Below, in pieces: positions 1-7,664 of a DNA stretch of 64,000 bases. Under the pieces are notes generated by a model that saw only the letters and a program-made list of their open reading frames with translations, did not search any database and was not told where the DNA came from. The stretch covers positions 10,282 to 74,281 of the forward strand of contig JAFDHF010000003.1 of NCBI GenBank assembly GCA_019308905.1. Reading direction: 5' to 3'. The position numbers were made by a program, and so were the translations under genes. The DNA comes from Deltaproteobacteria bacterium (GTDB lineage Bacteria; Desulfobacterota; BSN033; WVXP01). Positions within the stretch are counted from its first letter, which is position 1. Every line of letters starts with the position of its first letter.

Positions 1-1021
1 TGCCGATATCCAGGGTGTCAGGTCCAATCAACTGGTGGGCTACGGCCTCGTCATCGGCCTCGACGGAACAGGGGACAACCAGGGGACGGAGTTTACCATT
101 CAGAGTCTGGTCAGCATGCTGAAACGGATGGGAATTCAGGTGGACCGCTCCAAGGTCAAGGTGGACAACGTGGCTGCCGTAATGGTGACGGCGGACCTGC
201 CGCCCTTTGCAAGGGCAGGAACCCGCATCGACGCCCTGGTTTCGTCTATCGGCGACGCCGAGAGCCTACAGGGAGGAACCCTCGTGCTGACCTCCCTGAA
301 GGGACCGGATGGGTTGGTCTACGCTGTAGCCCAGGGCCCCGTTTCCATCGGCGGAGGATTCACGGTCTCGGGTGCAGCGGCAAAGGCACAGAAGAACCAT
401 CCCACGGTCGGGCGTGTCGTGAACGGAGCATTGATCGAAAGGGAGATTCCCTTCCGGTTCGGAAACAGGAGGGAGATCAGCATCAATCTCAGGCGCCCGG
501 ATTTTACCACGGCTTTGCGCCTTGCTCGGGTCGTCAATTCCGCCTTGGATGGAGAATTCGCCACGCCCATAGACGGCGGCACGGTGAGGGTGGAGCTGCC
601 TTCCGAATATGCGGACGACGTTGTGGGACTCGTTGCCTCTATTGAGGGACTGGACGTAACCCCGGACAGGATTGCAAAGGTGGTTCTCGATGAAAGAACC
701 GGTACGGTGGTGATCGGAGAGGAGGTACGGATCTCCGCCGTGGCTATCTCCCATGGCAATCTCAGCATCGTGATCAAGGAAAGGCCCGAGGTCTCACAGC
801 CCATGCCCTTTGCGAGGAGGGGAGAGACGGTCGTTACGCCCAAGACCGAGCTCAGGGTCAAAGAGGAGAAGCAGAAGGTGATGCTCATGCCCGAGGGCGT
901 CAGTATACAGGAGGTGGTCAAAGCCCTCAACGCCATCGGTGTTTCACCTAGAGATCTCATCGCCATCTTCCAGGCCCTCAAGCAGGCCGGAGCCCTTCAG
1001 GCTGAGTTGGAGATCATGTAG
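1..1021 (+). CDS. flgI: Flagellar P-ring protein FlgI (5' end outside window)
   Basis: Translation in this frame reads ...NQLVGYGLVIGLDGTGD... with a conserved FlgI C-terminus. The frame is open from base 2, so the N-terminus is cut by the window edge. Confidence 0.9.
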   Translation, partial: ADIQGVRSNQLVGYGLVIGLDGTGDNQGTEFTIQSLVSMLKRMGIQVDRSKVKVDNVAAVMVTADLPPFARAGTRIDALVSSIGDAESLQGGTLVLTSLKGPDGLVYAVAQGPVSIGGGFTVSGAAAKAQKNHPTVGRVVNGALIEREIPFRFGNRREISINLRRPDFTTALRLARVVNSALDGEFATPIDGGTVRVELPSEYADDVVGLVASIEGLDVTPDRIAKVVLDERTGTVVIGEEVRISAVAISHGNLSIVIKERPEVSQPMPFARRGETVVTPKTELRVKEEKQKVMLMPEGVSIQEVVKALNAIGVSPRDLIAIFQALKQAGALQAELEIM

Positions 1022-1068
1022 TTCGAAGCTGTCAGAAACAAGGGAATGAACCTGTTGGTGGAGTTGGA

Positions 1069-1566
1069 GTGGAACGAGTTTTCCCCCTTAGCGGTATGGT
1101 CGAGAAGGAGTTGCCCGGCGCTTCTCCACGTTTTTTGCCCGTGAGAGGCGGTGACCGCCCGGGGATGACCGACAAACCGGGTCGTCTGCGGAGGGCCTGC
1201 CAGGATTTTGAGTCGATCTTTATCTACACCCTGCTCAAAACCATGCGAGCCGGCCTTGCACAACCCCAGGGAATGGGCCTGCACAGCGGGTTGTATACAT
1301 CGATGGGCGACCTTGAAGTTGCACGCTTCCTGGCCCGCGGCCGGGGTATAGGCCTGGCGGATCTCGTCTTCGAACAACTCAACGCCTCCTTAGACGAGCC
1401 GGGTGCCGGGGCAGGGAAGCGGGTTGCTCCCTACAAACCGGGTACGGTCTGGAATGTCCAGCGGGTGAGCGGAGGAGGGGGTGTCACCTTTGCGGGATCG
1501 CGTCCCCGCGATGGAGAATCGACCGGAGAAGACCGGAAGGGCCCGGCGGAGCGCCGGAATGGCTAA
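1069..1566 (+). CDS. Rod-binding / FlgJ N-terminal-like protein
   Basis: FESIFIYTLLKTM matches the Rod_binding (FlgJ N-terminal) motif. No muramidase domain is present. GTG start with GGTGGAG 5 nt upstream. Position between flgI and flgM fits. Confidence 0.65.
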   Translation: MERVFPLSGMVEKELPGASPRFLPVRGGDRPGMTDKPGRLRRACQDFESIFIYTLLKTMRAGLAQPQGMGLHSGLYTSMGDLEVARFLARGRGIGLADLVFEQLNASLDEPGAGAGKRVAPYKPGTVWNVQRVSGGGGVTFAGSRPRDGESTGEDRKGPAERRNG

Positions 1567-1591
1567 AGTTTTGCTTGTCGGCTGTCGATAG
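1564..1591 (+). promoter_or_regulatory. Sigma-28 (FliA) type promoter upstream of flgM
   Basis: TAAAGTTT (exact consensus -35 box) at 1564-1571, then 12 nt, then GTCGATAG (6/8 to the GCCGATAA -10 box) at 1584-1591. Lies 44 nt upstream of the flgM ATG. flgM is a classical sigma-28 target. Confidence 0.55.
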
Positions 1592-1634
1592 GTGTGGTAG
1601 ACACGGTTTAGAGTCTGTGGAAGGAGTCGCGGCT

Positions 1635-1952
1635 ATGAAGATTTCCGGGGACAAACCCTATGTGCTCGAGCCCTATATCAAAAGGGCGGGAGAGAAGGAG
1701 AAAGCCTCACAAGGGCGAGGGCCTGACAAACAGTCATCCAGGCTCGATAGGGTCGAGATTTCAAGGGCAGCGCGGGAGAGGGAGACCCAGGAAATAACAC
1801 AAAAGGTGAAAGGACTTCTGGAGAAGGTCCCTGATGTTCGAGAGGATAAAGTGGTCGGCCTCAAAAGGGCGATCGAGGCAGGGACATACTCTGTGAAGGG
1901 CGAAGATGTCGCCCGGAAGATGATAAAAGAGGGGATTGATGAGTTTGCCTAG
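1635..1952 (+). CDS. flgM: Anti-sigma-28 factor FlgM
   Basis: C-terminal ...VVGLKRAIEAGTYSVKGEDVARKMI... matches the FlgM sigma-binding helix. AAGGAG RBS at 1621-1626 ahead of the ATG at 1635. The ORF track's 1575 start is probably too early. Confidence 0.8.
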   Translation: MKISGDKPYVLEPYIKRAGEKEKASQGRGPDKQSSRLDRVEISRAARERETQEITQKVKGLLEKVPDVREDKVVGLKRAIEAGTYSVKGEDVARKMIKEGIDEFA

Positions 1953-1997
1953 ACCCTCCTCTTTTGTGTCTGAAACGCGGGCAACGGGAAAAATACC

Positions 1998-2498
1998 TTG
2001 GAATTCATCCTCACCGATTTATCGGATCTTCTGGCCAGGGAACTGGAAATCTATCGCTCCCTCCTCTCTCTTCTCCAGCAGGAGAGAAGGATCGTCGTTG
2101 ACTGTTCCATACCCGAACTGATACAGGCCACCAAGGAGAAGGAGAATCTCGTCCTCAAGATACGGATACTGGAGCAGTCTCGACAGGCCATACTCCAGGA
2201 TCTGGCCGGGAGAATGGGGCTCTCCCCCGATGAGCTGACCCTTTCGGCCCTGGAAGCGCGGCTCGAAGAGCCTCTGGCAGGGCGGCTGAGGAGCCTCCGG
2301 TCGAATCTGTCGGCGATCCTGAGGAGTATCCAGGAGGCGAACGAAGAGAACCGGGTGTTCCTCCAGCATTCTGCGGACTTTGTCAGGGGGTCTCTCGCCC
2401 TGATCCGGTATCTCGCGGTGTCGAGTCCGAAGTATGCTGCCTCCGGGGTCTTGGACGGTGACCGAGGCGGCGGCCGATTCCTTTCGGAGAAAGCTTAG
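1998..2498 (+). CDS. flgN: FlgN-family flagellar export chaperone
   Basis: Coiled-coil protein (…LARELEIYRSLLSLLQQERRIV…) with FlgN-like architecture, sitting directly upstream of flgK-flgL. TTG start is uncertain. Confidence 0.55.
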   Translation: MEFILTDLSDLLARELEIYRSLLSLLQQERRIVVDCSIPELIQATKEKENLVLKIRILEQSRQAILQDLAGRMGLSPDELTLSALEARLEEPLAGRLRSLRSNLSAILRSIQEANEENRVFLQHSADFVRGSLALIRYLAVSSPKYAASGVLDGDRGGGRFLSEKA

Positions 2499-2510
2499 GG
2501 CGGGTTTGAA

Positions 2511-4211
2511 ATGTCGACCATATATGCCATCATGAACACGGCCAAATGGGCCCTTCTGACCCATCAGAAGTCCCTCCAGGTTGCGAGCCACAACATCGCA
2601 AATGTGGGGACACCGGGCTTTTCCCGGCAGGAGGTGATCCTCGAGACGGCCACGCCCCTCTCTTCCAATCCAGGACAGATCGGAACCGGAGTCCGTGCGG
2701 AGGAGGTGCGGAGGGTCTACGACCGGTTCCTCCAGTCTCAACTCGCAAAGGAGTCCCAGATCCTGGGCAGATGGCAGGCCCGCAAGGGGGCCGTAGGCCA
2801 GGTTGCCGCGATTTTCGATGAGACCTCCGAGACAGGCCTGAGTGCACGGATGACCGAATTCTGGAATGCCTGGCAAGAGTTGGCCAATAATCCGTCAGGC
2901 CAGGCCGAGAGAACAGATCTTGTCCTGAAGGCCACCTCCATGGCGGAGATGTTCAACCGTGCTTACTCGAACCTGTCCGACCTCCGGGATCAGATGGACG
3001 ACTTGGTTTCAGATGGATTAGACACCGTCAATACCATTTCCACCCAGATTGCCAACCTGAACGAGAAAATAGCCTCCGTCGAGGTGACCGGGCAAAACGC
3101 CAACGACTACAGGGACCAGAGAGACCAACTCCTGAAAGACCTCTCCGAGATGATCGATTTCAACAGCTTCGAGAGTTCAGACGGGATGGTGACCGTTTTT
3201 GTCGCCGGGGGCAAGCCGATCGTCCAGGGTAAGATCAGTTTTTCTCTCCAAGGCGAGACGAACAGCTCGGGCTTTTACGATGTAATGTGGAACGACGGCA
3301 AGGATAACCTGACCGACATCACCTCAAAGATCGAGCAGGGGAAGCTCGGGGCATGGCTTGAGATGCGGGATGATACGATAGCGGGGTACATCGACCAGTT
3401 GAACACCCTCGCCCAATCGATGATAGGCGAGGTCAACCGGCTCCACAGCTCGGGGGTGGGGCTCAGCTACCACACTTCTCTTACGACCTCGTACGAGGCC
3501 GACCCGGCAGCCTCTCTCGCCTCGTCCGCGTCGGGCCTCCCTTTCTGGGACGAAATAGTGGAAGGCAACGGTTTTTCTCTCTGGGTGTACAATACGGCTA
3601 CACAAGGGGAGACAGAGACGTCGATAACCGTGGACCCAGGGGATACGCTCCAGGACCTCGGGCAGAAGGTCGACGCGGTGACCGGGGTTTCTGCAACGGT
3701 CTCGGGAGGCTACATGACGATCAGCGCGGATAGCGGGTATGAGTTTCATTTCTCAGATGACCAGAGTGACGTCCTCATGGCCCTGGGGTTGAACGGTTTC
3801 TTTGACGGGACCGGTGCTTCGGACATGGCGGTAAACTCCGTCATCCAGAACGATGTGAGTAAAATCGCCGCAGCCACGGACCACCGGGCCCTGCCCGGAG
3901 ACAACCGGAATGCTCTTGCCATCGCCGATCTTCAGAATGCCAACCTCCTCGCCGGCAACACGGCCACCTTCGACGGGTATTACAACAGCCTTGTTGGTTC
4001 GGTGGGTGCCTCTCTGTCGGACGCCAAGACTGCCACGGACCATCAAGAATCCATGGTCGAACATATCGAGAACCGGAGGGAGGAGGTTTCAGGCGTCTCC
4101 CTGGACGAGGAGATGACGAATCTGATGGAATTCCAGCAGGCCTACGAGGCATCGGCTCAGATGATTCGTGTGGTGGGAGAGATGCTGGATACTGTTATGA
4201 GTCTGGTGTGA
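2511..4211 (+). CDS. flgK: Flagellar hook-associated protein 1 FlgK
   Basis: N-terminus MSTIYAIMNTAKWALLTHQKSLQVASHNIANVGTPGFSRQ matches FlgK. The conserved C-terminal rod/hook domain (NLMEFQQAYEASAQMIRV) is also present. Confidence 0.92.
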   Translation: MSTIYAIMNTAKWALLTHQKSLQVASHNIANVGTPGFSRQEVILETATPLSSNPGQIGTGVRAEEVRRVYDRFLQSQLAKESQILGRWQARKGAVGQVAAIFDETSETGLSARMTEFWNAWQELANNPSGQAERTDLVLKATSMAEMFNRAYSNLSDLRDQMDDLVSDGLDTVNTISTQIANLNEKIASVEVTGQNANDYRDQRDQLLKDLSEMIDFNSFESSDGMVTVFVAGGKPIVQGKISFSLQGETNSSGFYDVMWNDGKDNLTDITSKIEQGKLGAWLEMRDDTIAGYIDQLNTLAQSMIGEVNRLHSSGVGLSYHTSLTTSYEADPAASLASSASGLPFWDEIVEGNGFSLWVYNTATQGETETSITVDPGDTLQDLGQKVDAVTGVSATVSGGYMTISADSGYEFHFSDDQSDVLMALGLNGFFDGTGASDMAVNSVIQNDVSKIAAATDHRALPGDNRNALAIADLQNANLLAGNTATFDGYYNSLVGSVGASLSDAKTATDHQESMVEHIENRREEVSGVSLDEEMTNLMEFQQAYEASAQMIRVVGEMLDTVMSLV

Positions 4212-4255
4212 AGGAAGACGAGAGAAACCCAGGCAGATCCATCAAGGAGTGATCT

Positions 4256-5140
4256 ATGCGGGTTACCAACAGAATGGCCTACAATCTGATCGGTAAGGGC
4301 CTTTCCCAGAGAGCGGAGAGGATCATGAGGGTTCACGAGTCGATCTCCTCTGGGAAGCGCGTCAACGACCTCTCTGACGATCCGCTGGCCTTGACCCGGA
4401 TCCTGGACCACCGGAGGAGTCTGGCCTCCCTGGATCAGTATACGGAGAATATCGACCAGGCCACCTCCTGGCTGAAGGCGACCGAATCGAGCCTCTACGA
4501 TGTCAATAAGCTCCTGGCGAGAACCAAGGAGCTGGTTCTCGGTCAGACAACAGGGACGGCCACGGATGAGACAAGGCAGGCCGTGGCCGAGGAGGTGGAC
4601 AGGATTTTCGAACATGCCATTCAACTGGCCGACCTCCGTCTGGGAGACAGATACGTCTTCTCGGGTTTCAAGACAGATACACTGCCATTTTCTTCGACTT
4701 CTGACTACACCTATCAAGGAGACACGGGATCGATTCAGGTGGAGATCGCCAGGGATCAGAAGGTAACGATCAACCTGAACGGGGCGGAGGTCTTTACCAG
4801 TGGTTCCATCAATGTATTCTCGGTTTTTGACAACGTGGTCACCCATCTGGGAAGCAACGACGTCTCGGGCCTCCAGGCAGACCTAGCCGATCTTGACACA
4901 GCCATGGACCAGATTCTTGGAAAACTGGCCGAAGTGGGAGCCAAGGCAAACCAACTGGAGTCGACCAAACAGAGCCTCCTGGATCTCAAACTCAACATTA
5001 CCGGAATGGTCTCGGAGTTGGAGGATACGGACCTGGCAGATGCCGTGGCCGAACTCTCACTCCAGGAGACGGCCTATCAGGCCTCCCTGGCTTCTTCCGT
5101 TAGGTTGATGGAGACAAACCTGTTGGACTTCTTGAAATAG
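4256..5140 (+). CDS. flgL: Flagellar hook-associated protein 3 FlgL
   Basis: [10 protein letters not shown]... N-terminus is flagellin-like, and the C-terminus ([25 protein letters not shown]) is FlgL-like. GGAG RBS upstream. Confidence 0.9.
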   Translation: MRVTNRMAYNLIGKGLSQRAERIMRVHESISSGKRVNDLSDDPLALTRILDHRRSLASLDQYTENIDQATSWLKATESSLYDVNKLLARTKELVLGQTTGTATDETRQAVAEEVDRIFEHAIQLADLRLGDRYVFSGFKTDTLPFSSTSDYTYQGDTGSIQVEIARDQKVTINLNGAEVFTSGSINVFSVFDNVVTHLGSNDVSGLQADLADLDTAMDQILGKLAEVGAKANQLESTKQSLLDLKLNITGMVSELEDTDLADAVAELSLQETAYQASLASSVRLMETNLLDFLK

Positions 5141-5180
5141 AACTGCTCGCGAGGCGGGTCCAATCCCTTCGCCATACACC

Positions 5181-5429
5181 ATGGAGGGTGGAGTGCTGAT
5201 CTTGACAAGGAAGTCAGGTGAGAGGATCACTATTGGCGATCGGATCCGGGTAACGGTCGTCGAGATCAAGGGGAAACAGGTTCGTCTGGGTATCGAGGCC
5301 CCACCGGATACCAAGGTTCACCGGGAAGAGATATTCCAGAAGATCCAGCACGAAAACGAGGTGGCAGCCAGCAGCGGTGTGAAGGCCCTGGAAACCCTGG
5401 CCCGCTTCTGGCAGGAGAAGTCCGAGTGA
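5181..5429 (+). CDS. csrA: Carbon storage regulator CsrA
   Basis: [47 protein letters not shown] is the canonical CsrA sequence. The true start may be the GTG at 5193. Confidence 0.92.
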   Translation: MEGGVLILTRKSGERITIGDRIRVTVVEIKGKQVRLGIEAPPDTKVHREEIFQKIQHENEVAASSGVKALETLARFWQEKSE

Positions 5430-5556
5430 AGACCGGCGGCAGCGGGTTTTCCCGGGCCAGGCGGGTTGAGGCAGAAGGTATGAGAGGTGGCAACTCTTCA
5501 TTGAGCCGAGAATCCCGGAGGAGCATGCATCGTGCCGGAGAGGCTTGGCGGTTGCC

Positions 5557-5594
5557 CGCCGACGGGGGAACCCCGTCGGCGAGGACTCCTCGCC
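5557..5594 (+). promoter_or_regulatory. Strong GC hairpin pair in the csrA-fliW intergenic region
   Basis: CGCCGACGGGG-gaa-CCCCGTCGGCG forms a perfect 11-bp stem at 5557-5581. It overlaps a second hairpin, GCGAGG-act-CCTCGC, at 5579-5593. No U-tract follows. Confidence 0.4.
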
Positions 5595-5635
5595 TCAGGG
5601 CAAGCAGCCGCTCTCAGGAGAGCAAGGCGCGGACC

Positions 5636-6070
5636 ATGAAGCTCATTTCCAAGAAGCTCGGCGAGGTTTGCTACAGGGAAGACGAGGTAATCACTTTCCC
5701 AGAGGGTCTGCTCGGTTTTCCAGAAAAGAAGCGCTACGTCTTTGTCGAGCACCGAGGGGGAAGCCCCCTGAAGTGGCTCCAGTGCCTCGATGATCCGTCG
5801 CTCAGCTTCGTAGTCGTCAATCCTCTGCTTTTCAAGAGGGATTACGAGGTGCGGGTTGACAAGAGGGATCTCGCCCTTGTGGGGGATTCCGATCCCGCCC
5901 ATATCACCATCTGGACCCTGATCTCCTTCACTCCCGACGCTCCCGAAGCCAGTACGGCCAATCTCCTGGGTCCCCTGGCCATCAACTGTGCAACCCGTCT
6001 CGGAAAGCAACTGGTCCTCGATCCCTCCAAGTACGATCTCCGGTATCCCATCTTCAAGAACAAGAGATGA
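5636..6070 (+). CDS. fliW: Flagellar assembly factor FliW (CsrA antagonist)
   Basis: MKLISKKLGEVCYREDEVITFPEGLLGFPEKKRYVFVEH... is typical FliW, about 145 aa. The ORF-track N-terminal extension from 5426 is low-complexity Arg/Ser-rich and probably not translated. Confidence 0.85.
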   Translation: MKLISKKLGEVCYREDEVITFPEGLLGFPEKKRYVFVEHRGGSPLKWLQCLDDPSLSFVVVNPLLFKRDYEVRVDKRDLALVGDSDPAHITIWTLISFTPDAPEASTANLLGPLAINCATRLGKQLVLDPSKYDLRYPIFKNKR

Positions 6071-6148
6071 AAGGCGCAGGATCGTTCTTGCCTGGTGAAC
6101 CCCCTCCGGTAAGCCGCCGGGCATCCGCGTGAAGGCGAGTGAAAAGGC

Positions 6149-6176
6149 TAAAGTCCTCCCTCCAATCGACCGATAA
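6149..6176 (+). promoter_or_regulatory. Sigma-28 type promoter upstream of flagellin
   Basis: TAAAGTCC (6149-6156), then 12 nt, then ACCGATAA (6169-6176; 7/8 to GCCGATAA). The N12 spacer matches the flgM promoter in this window. About 185-nt leader to the fliC ATG. Confidence 0.55.
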
Positions 6177-6286
6177 CTCAACTGAATACGAGAGGGTCTC
6201 TCAAGGACCCGGAAAAAGACCGGAGAGAAAGGGGGGATGAAAGCGCGATGTCAGGTTCTCACAAGGCAACAAATGTGAGGACCCAG

Positions 6287-6304
6287 CAGGGTAAGGATAC
6301 CCTG
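6287..6304 (+). promoter_or_regulatory. CsrA-type binding hairpin in the fliC leader (GGA in loop)
   Basis: CAGGGT-AAGGAT-ACCCTG: a 6-bp stem with AAGGAU in the loop. A second GGA overlaps the Shine-Dalgarno sequence ACAAGGAGG at 6342-6350. This two-site arrangement is what CsrA needs to repress hag in Bacillus subtilis. Confidence 0.5.
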
Positions 6305-6361
6305 ACTATTAAGACACGGACGGCCCAAGGCCGGCCGCAACAGGACAAGGAGGTTTGAATC

Positions 6362-7204
6362 ATGGCACTTCGTATCAACCACAACGTAATGGCTCTCAAT
6401 TCCTACCGGCACCTGAGCATCACCCAGGGCAAGCTGTCCAAGTCGATCGAGAAGCTCTCGTCTGGTCTCAGGATCGTCCGGGCAGCCGATGACGCCGCAG
6501 GCCTCGCGATTTCCGAGAAGATGCGGGCCGACATCCGCGGTTTCAATCAAGCGGTTCGGAATGCCAACGACGGTGTGAGCATGCTCCAGACCGCTGAAGG
6601 GGCTCTGAACGAGATCAGTGGCATGCTGACCCGAATGAGGGAGCTTGCCGAGCAGGCGGCAACGGGTACCGTGGGGACGAGCCAGAAGGGAACCCTGGAT
6701 CAGGAATTCCAGGCCCTGGTGAGCGAGATCAACCGGATCGCCGACGCTACGGAGTTCAACGGCACCAAGCTGATCAACGGTGCTCTCTCTTCCGGGTCCG
6801 CCACCGCGGCGACCTTCCAGATCGGTATCGGCAACAACTCGAGCACAGACAGGTTGAGCATCGGCATCAGCGGCATGCACGCGGCATCCATCGGCCTCAG
6901 CGGCATCTCCATAAGCGCCACCGCCAATGCTCTGACCGCTCTGGCGGCCGTCGACACGGCTATTGCCAATGTGGCCAGCCAGCGAGGCGATATCGGTGCG
7001 GTTCAGAACAGGCTCGAGAGCACCATAGCCAACCTCAATATCTCGGCAGAGAACCTGACGGCGGCCGAGTCTCAGATCCGTGATGTGGACATGGCGCTCG
7101 AGATGGCCAATTTCACCAAGAATCAGATCATGACCCAGGCTGGAACAGCCATGTTGGCCCAGGCGAACCTGGCCAACCAGTCGGTTCTGACGCTTCTTGG
7201 TTAA
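6362..7204 (+). CDS. fliC: Flagellin (short, 280 aa)
   Basis: MALRINHNVMALNSYRHLSITQGKLSKSIEKLSSGLRIVRAADDAAGLAISEKM... N-terminus and LLG C-terminus are flagellin D0/D1. AGGAGG RBS upstream. There is no hypervariable domain. The central segment is Ser/Thr/Ala-rich. Confidence 0.95.
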   Translation: MALRINHNVMALNSYRHLSITQGKLSKSIEKLSSGLRIVRAADDAAGLAISEKMRADIRGFNQAVRNANDGVSMLQTAEGALNEISGMLTRMRELAEQAATGTVGTSQKGTLDQEFQALVSEINRIADATEFNGTKLINGALSSGSATAATFQIGIGNNSSTDRLSIGISGMHAASIGLSGISISATANALTALAAVDTAIANVASQRGDIGAVQNRLESTIANLNISAENLTAAESQIRDVDMALEMANFTKNQIMTQAGTAMLAQANLANQSVLTLLG

Positions 7205-7215
7205 TCGGTATCGAG

Positions 7216-7245
7216 ATGCCTGGAGGGGAGTTCTCCTCCAGGCAT
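7216..7245 (+). terminator. Stem-loop immediately downstream of fliC
   Basis: ATGCCTGGAGG-ggagttct-CCTCCAGGCAT: a perfect 11-bp stem starting 12 nt after the fliC stop. There is no obvious U-tract. Confidence 0.5.
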
Positions 7246-7264
7246 TACCGCCGAGAGGTGAACC

Positions 7265-7642
7265 ATGAAGCCCTTTGATGGTATTGGATCCATAGAAGCT
7301 TCCTCAGTTCAGTCCGTGGAGGGCTACCCCTCTCAGGAACGGGGAAAGACCCCCCAGGTGGCCGGGCCTGAAAGGGCGACCCGGGACGCAGAGGCGTTGA
7401 ATGAGAGGAGACAGGCCGAGAGGGAGCAGGCAAGGAGGATCGCCGACCATCTGAACCGCACGAGCCGCGTCTTTGACAGGAGAATCCACTTCGAGGTACC
7501 GTCTGACAGCAGGGAAGTGATCGTGAAAATCGTCGACCGTGAGACAGGGCATGTCATCCGTCAGATTCCGCCGGCCGAACTCGTGAAACTGGCAAAACAG
7601 ATGGACGAGATCTGTGAGACCATCTTCAGTTCCAAGCTGTAG
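7265..7642 (+). CDS. flaG: Flagellar protein FlaG
   Basis: C-terminal ...REVIVKIVDRETGHVIRQIPPAELVKLAKQMDEI matches the FlaG family. Position between fliC and fliD is conserved. Confidence 0.75.
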   Translation: MKPFDGIGSIEASSVQSVEGYPSQERGKTPQVAGPERATRDAEALNERRQAEREQARRIADHLNRTSRVFDRRIHFEVPSDSREVIVKIVDRETGHVIRQIPPAELVKLAKQMDEICETIFSSKL

Positions 7643-7664
7643 TCAAAAGGGAGAATGATCGATC

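Noticed and set aside
319-981. Long minus-strand ORFs overlapping flgI and other genes (for example 319-981, 2019-2876, 8403-9587, 15149-16306, 25194-26351, 29869-30918, 32052-32987, 59605-60714)
   Set aside because: They lie antisense to strongly supported genes with clear family signatures. High GC content removes stop codons in antisense frames. Their translations are low-complexity Arg/Pro/Gly-rich with no recognisable motifs.
5426-5635. ORF-track N-terminal extension of fliW starting at 5426
   Set aside because: The canonical FliW N-terminus (MKLISKKLG...) begins at ATG 5636. The extension is low-complexity (Arg/Ser/Gly-rich) and spans a strongly structured region, so it is more likely untranslated.
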